Shown here piece by piece: positions 55,315-64,000 of a stretch of DNA of 64,000 nucleotides (positions are counted from its first letter, which is position 1; each line of letters begins with the position of its first letter). The notes under the pieces are model-generated. The model did no database searches, was not told the origin of the DNA, and worked only from the letters and a program-made list of their open reading frames with translations. Origin of the DNA: Bacteroidales bacterium (lineage in GTDB: Bacteria > Bacteroidota > Bacteroidia > Bacteroidales > UBA932); assembly GCA_017529425.1 (NCBI GenBank), contig JAFXNQ010000034.1, forward strand, positions 15,112 through 79,111. The letters are read 5' to 3'. Both the position numbers and the translations under genes were made by a program.

Positions 55315-57734
55315 AGTTTGGAGGTTCATCCGTGGCCAATGCCGCCAATATGAGCAAGGTGGTAGAGATTGTGACTAAGGCCGTAAGCAACGACAAGACT
55401 ATTCTGGTAGCATCTGCAATCAGCAAAGCTACCGATACACTTATCAAGGTTGGCCGAATGTCCCAGATGGGTGACATGGGATACAAGGATATCCTTGCCG
55501 AACTTGAACAGAGGCATCATCAGATCATATCAGAACTTATCCCGCAGTACTTCCAGAACGACATCAACCACGAGATTTCCGAGCGTTTTGTACAACTGGG
55601 AGGGATCTGCGACGGCATCTGCCGCATCCGCGAACTTACCGGGCACTCCCTGGACCTCATTATGAGTTTTGGCGAACTGCTTTCAACCCGCATCCTGGCG
55701 GCAAAGTTCACCTCGATGGGTGTCGGCTGCAAATGGGTCGATTCCCGCGACATAATCAAGACCCGCCACGAGCAGGGTCAGAACGTGGTGGACACTGAGG
55801 CCACCAACCGCAACGCACAGGACTACTTTGGCGGCAGCAACGCCAAGCTGTATGTGATGCCGGGCTTCATCGCCTCCGACGCAGAGGGCCGCACCACTAC
55901 CCTGGGCCGCGGCGGCAGCGACTATTCCGCATCTATTCTGGCTGCAGCCATCGGCGCCCGCCGTCTGGAGATTTGGACCGACGTCTGCGGTATGATGACA
56001 GCCGACCCGCACATCGTGCCCGAGGCCAAGACCATAGAACACATCTCCTACCGCGAGGCGCTGGAACTCTCCCACTTTGGGGCAAAGGTTGTCTATCCTC
56101 CTACAATCCAGCCTGTTGTAGGTAACAATATCCCCATTCTGGTAAAGAATACTTTTGACCCGGAAGGCAAAGGAACCCTCATTGAGAGCAATCCGCCTGA
56201 GACTGCCGGCAACATAAAGGGTATATCCAACAGCGACAAGCTGGCCATCCTCTCCATGGAGGGAAGCGGTATGGTTGGCGTCCCCGGCTACTCCAGCCGC
56301 CTGTTCGACGCCCTGGCAAAGAACGACATCAACATTATATTGATTACCCAGGCCTCTTCCGTCCACACCATGCTGGTGGTAATTGACGAGAAGGATGCCG
56401 CCCTGGCAAAGAAGGCCGTAGACGAGACTTTCGCATACGAAATCAGCCTCAAGAAGCTTGAACCGCTCAAGATTGAGCGCGGTTTCTCCATCATCTCGCT
56501 TGTGGGCGACGACATGAAGAACCAGTCTGGCGTAACCGGCCGCATGTTTGACGCGCTTGGCGGTGAGGGCATCACCATCCGCGCCATAGCACAAGGCTCT
56601 TCTGAGCGTAATATATCTGCAGTTATACGCACAGAAGACATTAACGAGGCGGTCCGCGCCATCCACGATGAATTCTTCAGTGAGTATCAGCATACCCTGA
56701 ACCTCTTCATCGCCGGCTATGGCAATGTGGGCGGTCAGTTGATCAACGTTATCAAGGAGAACGGCGTGGCCATCAACATTGTGGGTATCTGCAACATAAA
56801 CGGCAAGTTCTTCTGCAAGAACGGCCTCAATCTGGACGAGATTGCACCCGCGTTTGCAGCTCTGGACCGCAGCGTGCGCGTCAACACCGGCGACTTTATT
56901 GACGAGGCCATTAAGATGGCCCTCCCCAACTCGGTATTTGTGGACTGCACCTCAGATATCGGCATCGCTACCCACTATCCCTCCATCCTTGCTGCCGGCA
57001 TCAGCGTGGTAACCTGCAACAAGATTGCCAACTCGCTGGATATGAACCTCTACCGCCAGATCCGCCGCTGCGCGGAAGAGGGCAAGGCATCGTTCTATTA
57101 CGACACCAACGTAGGTGCAGCGCTGCCGGTTATCCACACTCTCAAGCAGATGGTAAGCAGCGGCGACACCGTGGAGCATATTGACGCCATCGTTTCTGGT
57201 ACACTGAACTACATCTTCAGCGAATACGGCCAGGCCACTTGCAAAGACTCTTTCTCCACCATCGTGCGCCGCGCGAAGGAGCTGGGCTTTGCAGAGCCCG
57301 ATCCCCGCACCGACCTGCAGGGCATCGACGTGATGCGCAAGGCCATAATCCTTGCCCGCGAGACGGGGGCAGAGGTCGAGGCAGAAGATATCGACATCAA
57401 GGGCTTCCTCCCCGAGGAGTGCCTCAAAGGGAGCGTGGACGACTTCTTCGCCACGATGGAAAAGAACGAAGCGTACTTCGCCGGGCTGCGTAACGACGCT
57501 CTCGCAAAGGGTGGCAAGCTGCGTTATATGGCCGAGATTGAGGGTGACAAGGTTGCAATAGGTCTCCGTTGCATAACTCCGGAGCACCCCTTCTTCAGCT
57601 ATGAGGGGACCGACTCCGCAGTATCCATCGCCACCAAGTTCTACCCTTATCCCGTCGTTATAAAGGGTGCCGGTGCCGGTGCACGCATCACCGCCGGCGG
57701 TGTTTATGGTAATATTTGTCTGTGTAGAAAATAA
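55302..57734 (+). CDS. thrA: Bifunctional aspartokinase / homoserine dehydrogenase
   Basis: MQVLKFGGSSVANA (AK N-terminus), ACT region, C-terminal homoserine dehydrogenase domain (LFIAGYGNVGG...). 810 aa. 13-nt overlap with metX. Confidence 0.9.
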   Translation: MQVLKFGGSSVANAANMSKVVEIVTKAVSNDKTILVASAISKATDTLIKVGRMSQMGDMGYKDILAELEQRHHQIISELIPQYFQNDINHEISERFVQLGGICDGICRIRELTGHSLDLIMSFGELLSTRILAAKFTSMGVGCKWVDSRDIIKTRHEQGQNVVDTEATNRNAQDYFGGSNAKLYVMPGFIASDAEGRTTTLGRGGSDYSASILAAAIGARRLEIWTDVCGMMTADPHIVPEAKTIEHISYREALELSHFGAKVVYPPTIQPVVGNNIPILVKNTFDPEGKGTLIESNPPETAGNIKGISNSDKLAILSMEGSGMVGVPGYSSRLFDALAKNDINIILITQASSVHTMLVVIDEKDAALAKKAVDETFAYEISLKKLEPLKIERGFSIISLVGDDMKNQSGVTGRMFDALGGEGITIRAIAQGSSERNISAVIRTEDINEAVRAIHDEFFSEYQHTLNLFIAGYGNVGGQLINVIKENGVAINIVGICNINGKFFCKNGLNLDEIAPAFAALDRSVRVNTGDFIDEAIKMALPNSVFVDCTSDIGIATHYPSILAAGISVVTCNKIANSLDMNLYRQIRRCAEEGKASFYYDTNVGAALPVIHTLKQMVSSGDTVEHIDAIVSGTLNYIFSEYGQATCKDSFSTIVRRAKELGFAEPDPRTDLQGIDVMRKAIILARETGAEVEAEDIDIKGFLPEECLKGSVDDFFATMEKNEAYFAGLRNDALAKGGKLRYMAEIEGDKVAIGLRCITPEHPFFSYEGTDSAVSIATKFYPYPVVIKGAGAGARITAGGVYGNICLCRK

Positions 57735-57748
57735 AAAGGTATATCGTC

Positions 57749-58762
57749 ATGAAACAATATAAAATCGCTGTTGTAGGGGCTACCGGTCTTGTGGGTAGCA
57801 AAATGATAGAAGTATTGGGTGAAGTAAATTTCCCCGTAGGTGAACTCATTCCGTGCGCATCTGAGCGTTCGGTGGGCAAGAAGGTGACCTTTGGCGGTCG
57901 CGAGTGGACTGTTGTCTCTCTGGCAGATGGTGTCGCAGCCAAGCCCGACATCGCCATCTTCTCTGCCGGGGCAGGCGTCAGCAAAGAGTGGGCGCCCAAG
58001 TTTGCAGAAGTGGGCTGCCGCGTGGTGGACAACTCCTCACAGTGGCGCATGGATCCCACCAAAAAGCTGGTGGTTCCGGAGATCAACGGGGACGTGCTCA
58101 CCGCCGACGACATGATTATCGCCAACCCCAACTGCTCCACCATACAGATGGTGCTGGCGCTGGCTCCGCTTCACGAGCGTTATAAAATCAAACGTGTTGT
58201 GGTTTCCACCTACCAGAGCGTGACTGGAAGCGGCATGAAGGGTATCCATCAGATGCTGCGTGAGCGTGGCGATAAATCTGCCCAGGATCTGCCCAATGCC
58301 TATCCCCACCAGATTGACCGCAACGTGCTGCCCCACATCGATGTCTTCCTGGACAACGGTTACACCAAGGAAGAGATGAAGATGACTAATGAGACAATGA
58401 AGATATTTGGCGACGAGAGCATAAAGGTCACAGCTACGACCGTACGCGTACCGGTAACCGGCGGCCACAGCGAAGCGGTGAACGTTGAGTTTGAAAACGA
58501 CTATGACCTGGCCGATGTGAAGGCAATCTTTGCCGACGGAAAGGCTCCGGGGTGCATTCTCTGTGACGATCCCGCCAACAATGTCTATCCTATGCCGCTG
58601 GATGCATTTGGCCGCAACGAGGTGTTTGTAGGTCGCCTGCGCCGCGATTTTTCTGCTCCGAAGTGTTTGAATATGTGGGTGGTTGCCGACAATCTCCGCA
58701 TCGGCGCAGCCACAAATGCGGTCCACATTGCGCAATACCTTATCCGAAACATCCTGAAATAG
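57749..58762 (+). CDS. asd: Aspartate-semialdehyde dehydrogenase
   Basis: KIAVVGATGLVGSKM (Rossmann), active-site NPNCSTIQM, VPVTGGHSEAV. Confidence 0.9.
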   Translation: MKQYKIAVVGATGLVGSKMIEVLGEVNFPVGELIPCASERSVGKKVTFGGREWTVVSLADGVAAKPDIAIFSAGAGVSKEWAPKFAEVGCRVVDNSSQWRMDPTKKLVVPEINGDVLTADDMIIANPNCSTIQMVLALAPLHERYKIKRVVVSTYQSVTGSGMKGIHQMLRERGDKSAQDLPNAYPHQIDRNVLPHIDVFLDNGYTKEEMKMTNETMKIFGDESIKVTATTVRVPVTGGHSEAVNVEFENDYDLADVKAIFADGKAPGCILCDDPANNVYPMPLDAFGRNEVFVGRLRRDFSAPKCLNMWVVADNLRIGAATNAVHIAQYLIRNILK

Positions 58763-58796
58763 TCGGGTTTTTTCTTTATTTATTGTAAATTAATCT

Positions 58797-58804
58797 TAAC
58801 TTTG
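58797..58804 (+). promoter_or_regulatory. Candidate -7 box (TAacTTTG) for the second SusC/D pair
   Basis: TAACTTTG lies 57 nt upstream of ATG 58862. Confidence 0.4.
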
Positions 58805-58861
58805 TCCGATGTTCGCACGCTTGCGCGTTGCGTGAATTGGACAATCTTAAGATTTTACAAT

Positions 58862-61800
58862 ATGAAATTATCATCTCTTTGTGCGAGCCTGCTGCTATTC
58901 GTACTATTGATGACGACGGGCGGCGTTAACCCCGCCCACGCCAACAACAATCTGCAGGGCCGTACAATCACCGTTACAGTCACCGACAACCAGGGTCCCG
59001 TACCGGGCGCGAATGTCGTTGTGATTGGTCAGCAAATTGGCGGTTCTACCGATGCCGACGGTGTAATTACCCTTGCAAGAGTACCAGCTAACGCCACTCT
59101 TGAGGTATCTTTCGTGGGTTACATCACCAAGAAAGTTTCTGTCGGCAACAAGTCCAAAATTCAGGTTTACCTTGAAGAAGACAAGGAGAAAATCGATGAG
59201 GCTGTGGTTGTCGCTTACGGTCATCAGAAAAAGATTACCGTAACGGGCGCCATCGAGCAGGTGGGACACGAAGAACTTATCGAGACTCAGGTCCCCAACT
59301 TTGCAAACGCCCTCGCAGGTCGTGTTGCAGGTCTTACAACCATTCAGGAGAGTGGTCAGCCCGGACGTGACGACGTGACGGTTTACCTCCGCGGTCAGGG
59401 TACCTCTTCCGACAATACCCCGCTGCTGCTTATCGACGGCGTGCCGAGTGACGGCCAGGCCGACAAGCTGGGTATGCTCAACGTGAACGAGGTGGCCAGC
59501 GTAACCATCCTGAAGGATGCAGCATCAACCGCAATCTTCGGTACCCGCGGCGCAAACGGTGTCATCCTGATCACCACCCGTCGTGGTGAAGCGGGCAAGA
59601 CCATCCTCAGTGCACAGGTTACCTCCAGCGTGGCTTCGCTCCACTTCCCGTGGACCAGGGTTAACTCATGGGAACACGCAGCATTGCGCAACCAGGCCCG
59701 CGCAAACGACGGTTTCGGCCCCGACTTTACCGACTATCAGATTGCCAAATTCCGCGAGCAGAGTGGCGACCCCTTCTTCCCCAACCGCGATATGTACAAA
59801 GAGTCGATTGCCAAATTCGCTCCCACCGAGCGCGTCGAACTCAATATCTCCGGTGGTTCCAAGAAGACCCGCTACTTTACCAGCGCCGGTATCATATATC
59901 AGGAAGGTAACACCAAGATCCTCCCCCGCAAGGTGCTTGGATACAACGCACAGTTCGACATGCTGCGTTACACCATCCGTAACAACTTTGACTTCAACCT
60001 CAACGAGGATCTGAAAATATCCCTTACCCTCTCCATCTACTACCAGCGCACCAACGAGCCGGCCGGTGGTACAGGCGTGTTTGACACAGCCCTGGGTACT
60101 CCGCCCACCAACCCCGGTCCCCTCACCGTTGCCGGTTACTATGACTCCGAGGGCAATGAGGTGCCTGCAGGCGTAGTGGTCGCAAGGCAGAATTCCACCA
60201 ATACCTCTGCCTGGGCTATCGTAAACCGTTCCGGTTACTACTACAGAACCACCTTCAGCTTGCTCTCACAAGCAACTGTAGAATATGACCTGAGCAAATT
60301 AATCAAAGGTTTATCGGTATCGGCCAATGTAGCATACAACGACTTTGCCGGCGGTAACCTCTCAGGCGCACTTCAGGGCTACGACGCCTATTCATATTAT
60401 CAGGCCAAGACCCCCGGAGAGAAATCTTACTACATCGCCACCGTCCGCAACTCAAACGAGACCTTTGCTATTGGCGAACGCGCTACCTACGGTAACCAGA
60501 TGCTTCAGATACACCTGCGCGCCAACTACTATCAGCAGTTCGGCGACCACACCGTGAGCGCAATGATTTTTGCACAGGCTGAGAACAAGATGAGTAACGT
60601 GATGCACAAGCTGAATCCTGTGCGTACGTCTCTCCCTTACAAATATGCAGGTATCTCCGGCCGTGTTACCTGGGACTACAAAACCAGATATCTGGCAGAA
60701 TTCGATGCCGGATACAACGGCAGTGAGCAGTTCTCCCCTGAGAACCGCTTCGGTTTCTTCCCCGCATTCTCTGCAGGATGGGTTATAAGCAACGAGGATT
60801 TCTTCAAGAACAATGTCCGCTTCTTTGACGAACTCAAGTTCCGTGCTTCCATCGGTAAAGTAGGTAACGACCACCTGCCGGGTGAACGCTTCCTCTACTA
60901 CTCCACCGTGAGCCGGTACGATTCCGGTATCTCCGGTACCCTTTATTCCGGCAAAGGCGTGAGCATCTCCTACCTCGGCAATCCCGATATCAGCTGGGAG
61001 ACCGTCCTCAAGCAGAACTACGCACTTGACTTCCGCTTCCTGAAGAACTTCAGCGGTAAGGTCGACGTATTCTTTGAAAGCTGCGACAACCGTGTATTCA
61101 TGCCCGCTTCAATGCCTACTGCCAGCGGTCTTGCTGCAAGCAGTATCCCTTACCAGAACATCGGTGTCACCAGGAACAAAGGTATAGAGCTCGAACTCAA
61201 CTGGTCCAAGGAATTCAGCAAGAAGTTCCGTATGAACGCCGGCGGCCAGATCTCCCACTCCCGTTCCAAGATTGTATATTGCGACGAGGTCCTGCTGGAT
61301 GAGAGCTACGCATACCGCAAGCGCACAGAAGGGTTCATGCCTGGCCAGCAGTGGGGTCTTGCCATCGACTACGAAGACGAATACGGATACAACAACGGTT
61401 ACATCAACACTCCTGAACAGCTTGAAAAGGCCAAGGAGATGTACGATATCGGTACCCCCCGTCTGGGTGACTTCCTCTACAAGGATGCCAACGGAGACAA
61501 CCACATTGACGACCGCGACCTGGTGCCCATCAAGCACAGCTCCGTGCCTGAGATCAGCTTTGGTTTCAACGTCGGCTTCCAGTACAAGCGCTGGGGCGTA
61601 TCGGCACAGTTCAACGGTATGGCTCTCGTTTCCGCTTACCGTATGGGTCTCGGTGTTTCCGAGCTCAACAATGCCGGTACCTATACCGACTACCACCTGA
61701 ATGCATGGACAAAAGAGCGCTGGGCTAACGGAGAGAAAATCGAATACCCCGCCCTCTCTACCTACACTAACGTCTCGCTCCGCGCGAACGACTTCTTCAT

Positions 61801-62032
61801 CAACAACCGTTCTTACTGCCGTCTGAAAAACCTCCAGGTTTCATATCAGATCCCGCCGAACAAATTGTTCCGCACCCTGGGCGTAGCCAGCGGCAACATC
61901 ATCGCCTATGGTAACAACATCTTTATCATAGACAACCAGAGAGTGAAGGCTGTGGATGCCGAAACCAGCGGTACCTCCGTATCCTACCCTCTGAACCGTA
62001 CATATCAGTTGGCTCTCAATATCAAATTCTAA
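58862..62032 (+). CDS. SusC/RagA-family TonB-dependent transporter (PUL of unknown substrate)
   Basis: ATG 58862 gives MKLSSLCASLLLFVLL. Carboxypeptidase-regulatory-like domain, plug (DEAVVVAYGHQKK; GANGVILITTRRG), C-terminal LALNIKF. Confidence 0.9.
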   Translation: MKLSSLCASLLLFVLLMTTGGVNPAHANNNLQGRTITVTVTDNQGPVPGANVVVIGQQIGGSTDADGVITLARVPANATLEVSFVGYITKKVSVGNKSKIQVYLEEDKEKIDEAVVVAYGHQKKITVTGAIEQVGHEELIETQVPNFANALAGRVAGLTTIQESGQPGRDDVTVYLRGQGTSSDNTPLLLIDGVPSDGQADKLGMLNVNEVASVTILKDAASTAIFGTRGANGVILITTRRGEAGKTILSAQVTSSVASLHFPWTRVNSWEHAALRNQARANDGFGPDFTDYQIAKFREQSGDPFFPNRDMYKESIAKFAPTERVELNISGGSKKTRYFTSAGIIYQEGNTKILPRKVLGYNAQFDMLRYTIRNNFDFNLNEDLKISLTLSIYYQRTNEPAGGTGVFDTALGTPPTNPGPLTVAGYYDSEGNEVPAGVVVARQNSTNTSAWAIVNRSGYYYRTTFSLLSQATVEYDLSKLIKGLSVSANVAYNDFAGGNLSGALQGYDAYSYYQAKTPGEKSYYIATVRNSNETFAIGERATYGNQMLQIHLRANYYQQFGDHTVSAMIFAQAENKMSNVMHKLNPVRTSLPYKYAGISGRVTWDYKTRYLAEFDAGYNGSEQFSPENRFGFFPAFSAGWVISNEDFFKNNVRFFDELKFRASIGKVGNDHLPGERFLYYSTVSRYDSGISGTLYSGKGVSISYLGNPDISWETVLKQNYALDFRFLKNFSGKVDVFFESCDNRVFMPASMPTASGLAASSIPYQNIGVTRNKGIELELNWSKEFSKKFRMNAGGQISHSRSKIVYCDEVLLDESYAYRKRTEGFMPGQQWGLAIDYEDEYGYNNGYINTPEQLEKAKEMYDIGTPRLGDFLYKDANGDNHIDDRDLVPIKHSSVPEISFGFNVGFQYKRWGVSAQFNGMALVSAYRMGLGVSELNNAGTYTDYHLNAWTKERWANGEKIEYPALSTYTNVSLRANDFFINNRSYCRLKNLQVSYQIPPNKLFRTLGVASGNIIAYGNNIFIIDNQRVKAVDAETSGTSVSYPLNRTYQLALNIKF

Positions 62033-62038
62033 TCGGAC

Positions 62039-63895
62039 ATGACTATGAAAAACAGATATATACTTGCATTTGTGACATTGGCTATGTCGCTGTGCGCCTG
62101 CAATAAAGTATCCGATTGGCTTGAGAAGCAGGATACCGGCGACCTCCAGTACGATGACATCTGGGCCGACTACAACTATGTAGAGGGGTGGCTTAACAAC
62201 TGCTTCATGGGCATTCCCGGCGTAGGCTGGTGGTGCGCCGGCGGCGAACCGCTCTGGGCTCTTACCGACGAGGGCTGGTCTTCGCTTGATGCCACCAGCA
62301 GTGCCTCCCACAGTGTTTACGACGGCAATTTCAGCACGACTAACGGATGGCCCGGCGGACACAACCTCTATTCAGGGGCGCTCTACCGCATCCGCAATAT
62401 CAACCAGTTCCTGCACTACATAGTACTTCCGGAAACTCCCGTTTTAACAGAGGAGGGACGTCGCCGTATGATGGCCGATGCCTACGTGCTCAGGGCATAC
62501 TATATGTTTGAGTTATTCAAGGAATACGGTCCGCTCTATCTATATAATGGTGACGGACAGTCCCAGGAAGAGGGACATCCCGAGTATCTTCCCTTTATCA
62601 CCAGTCTCAATGACTCCTATACAAATCTTCGCAGAGTCCCTATTGAAGACTATGTACGCTGGATAATAGCCGACTGCGACCGGGGTCTGGCAGTTGACGA
62701 CCTTCCCTGGCGTCCTACCCTTGCCAGCGAGGCCGGCCGTATGACCAAGTCGCTCGCATGGAGCATCAAGGCTGCAGTCCTGTTCTGGTATGCAAGTCCC
62801 CTGTTCAACGAGGGCAAAGACCATTGGGAAGAGGCTTATCAGATGAATAAGAAGACTCTGGAACTGCTCCGTGAACACGGCTATGCACTGCATACCAAGT
62901 GTACCAACCCCTCTATCTACGGTGATGGCCCGGCAAATGCGTTCCGCCAGTACTATACCGACAATTCCCTCACCTGGGCCGGATCGTCTCCTTCCGACAC
63001 GGAGACAATCTTTGCTCTCGGAGGGTCTTCCGGCAGTTATGCCAGCAACTGGATCGGCTCCCGCCACACAAGCATAGGATATTGTGGCACATGCCCCACA
63101 CAGGAGATTGTGGACTGCTATGAAACTATCGACGGCGTGCCTGTCCTTGACCTGGCAAATCCTTATGCCGACGAGTATCACCTGCATCCCAACTTCAATC
63201 CTGAGAATAAGACATACGACGAACAGCACCCTTACGACAACCGTGACCCCCGCTTCGAGGCGTGCATTATGCACCACGGCACCCCCTACACTTGGGATAA
63301 GGCTTATACGGTGGATATCAGTCCGGAAGGCCGCAACTATCGCAGTACCCTCCCGACCGACCTTACGCAGACCCGCACAGGGTATTATTACTGCAAGACT
63401 GTTCCGCCGAACATTAACTACAACGCTCCCAGAACCGGTCCCGGAATGCGTCAGTACAAAATGTCAGAGTTGATTCTCAACTTTGCAGAGTGTGCCCTTG
63501 AAGCCGGTCATCTTAAAGAGGCCCGCGATGCGATCAACGAAATCCGCGACCGCGTGAATATGCCCCACCTGCCGGAAAACCTCTCTAAAGAGCAGCTGCG
63601 GCTGCGCCTGTACAACGAGCGCCGCGTAGAACTCGCATTTGAAGAGACCCGCTACTATGATCTACGCCGCCGTTGCCGCCCGGAAGATGAGATTCCCGGT
63701 ATCAAGTACCTCACCGGCGTTGATGTATCCTATGCCGGCGACTGGTCTGCCGCTACCTACACCCGTGTACTTATCCGCGAAGAAGAACGTCACGGCTATG
63801 AGGCCAGGTGCAAACTGACCCCCCTGCCCAAGGGAGAGGTTTCCAACCTCAAGGTTATCACTGGAGTTGATTTCCAGAACTATGGATGGGACTAA
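62039..63895 (+). CDS. SusD/RagB-family lipoprotein
   Basis: Lipobox LAMSLCAC. C-terminal LRLYNERRVELAFEETRYYDLRR SusD signature. Confidence 0.85.
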   Translation: MTMKNRYILAFVTLAMSLCACNKVSDWLEKQDTGDLQYDDIWADYNYVEGWLNNCFMGIPGVGWWCAGGEPLWALTDEGWSSLDATSSASHSVYDGNFSTTNGWPGGHNLYSGALYRIRNINQFLHYIVLPETPVLTEEGRRRMMADAYVLRAYYMFELFKEYGPLYLYNGDGQSQEEGHPEYLPFITSLNDSYTNLRRVPIEDYVRWIIADCDRGLAVDDLPWRPTLASEAGRMTKSLAWSIKAAVLFWYASPLFNEGKDHWEEAYQMNKKTLELLREHGYALHTKCTNPSIYGDGPANAFRQYYTDNSLTWAGSSPSDTETIFALGGSSGSYASNWIGSRHTSIGYCGTCPTQEIVDCYETIDGVPVLDLANPYADEYHLHPNFNPENKTYDEQHPYDNRDPRFEACIMHHGTPYTWDKAYTVDISPEGRNYRSTLPTDLTQTRTGYYYCKTVPPNINYNAPRTGPGMRQYKMSELILNFAECALEAGHLKEARDAINEIRDRVNMPHLPENLSKEQLRLRLYNERRVELAFEETRYYDLRRRCRPEDEIPGIKYLTGVDVSYAGDWSAATYTRVLIREEERHGYEARCKLTPLPKGEVSNLKVITGVDFQNYGWD

Positions 63896-63922
63896 GTCTT
63901 ATACACAGAAAACTATCAAGTT

Positions 63923-64000
63923 ATGCGAACAAGATATAGATTAACACTGATTCTGATGCTTCTTGTTGCGGGGTTCGCCAGCCTGTCCGCACAGGAATCG
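63923..64000 (+). CDS. 5' end of a secreted protein gene (runs off the window)
   Basis: MRTRYRLTLILMLLVAGFASLSAQES is a signal peptide. 27 nt after susD. Only 26 codons are visible. Confidence 0.3.
   Translation, partial: MRTRYRLTLILMLLVAGFASLSAQES

Noticed and set aside
1-64000. CRISPR arrays, transposases/IS elements, rRNA genes, and restriction-modification or other defence systems.
   Set aside because: I scanned the ORF track and intergenic regions. No repeat-spacer arrays, no DDE/serine/tyrosine recombinases and no defence-type domains were recognisable.

Overview
This is a 64-kb chromosomal segment that looks Bacteroidales by eye. It has SusC/SusD PULs, TAnnTTTG -7 promoter boxes, many SPII lipoprotein signals, and a lptE-secG-sigma54 activator neighbourhood. 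GC is moderately high for the order but was not computed. I support about 50 CDS and 2 tRNAs (Leu-CAA, Ala-GGC).

Content from left to right:
- rsgA with a CPBP protease.
- A tandem SGNH esterase and a DUF2807 lipoprotein.
- A resB-ccsA-menA operon.
- A DUF362 lipoprotein and an iron-sulfur flavoprotein.
- An AraC-led operon of exported enzymes: Cys-type alpha/beta hydrolase, cyclophilin-like protein, amidohydrolase_2-ABM fusion and flavodoxins.
- A small accessory-looking patch next to tRNA-Leu: CPBP remnant, Fic, ICMT, TfoX, CDP-alcohol phosphatidyltransferase.
- An AroD-EPSPS fusion, an S41 peptidase and leuC-leuD-(cimA/leuA)-leuB.
- A single 6-kb NRPS gene.
- An orphan STAS protein.
- A complete starch/maltodextrin PUL (malQ, MFS, susC, susD, susE/F-like, susG-like, GH13).
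- tRNA-Ala followed by a ribosomal-protein block (rplC to rpsC) that is cut off at both ends.
- secG, lptE-like and a sigma-54 activator.
- metX-thrA-asd.
- A second SusC/SusD pair.

The standout is the stand-alone AusA-type A-T-C-A-T-R NRPS at 26204-32176, a predicted dipeptide-aldehyde/pyrazinone synthetase. Secondary candidates are the divergent AroD-EPSPS fusion, the exported flavodoxin/decarboxylase-like operon and the truncated S10-type ribosomal operon.

All calls rest on hand-read motifs and the supplied ORF track. No database search was run.
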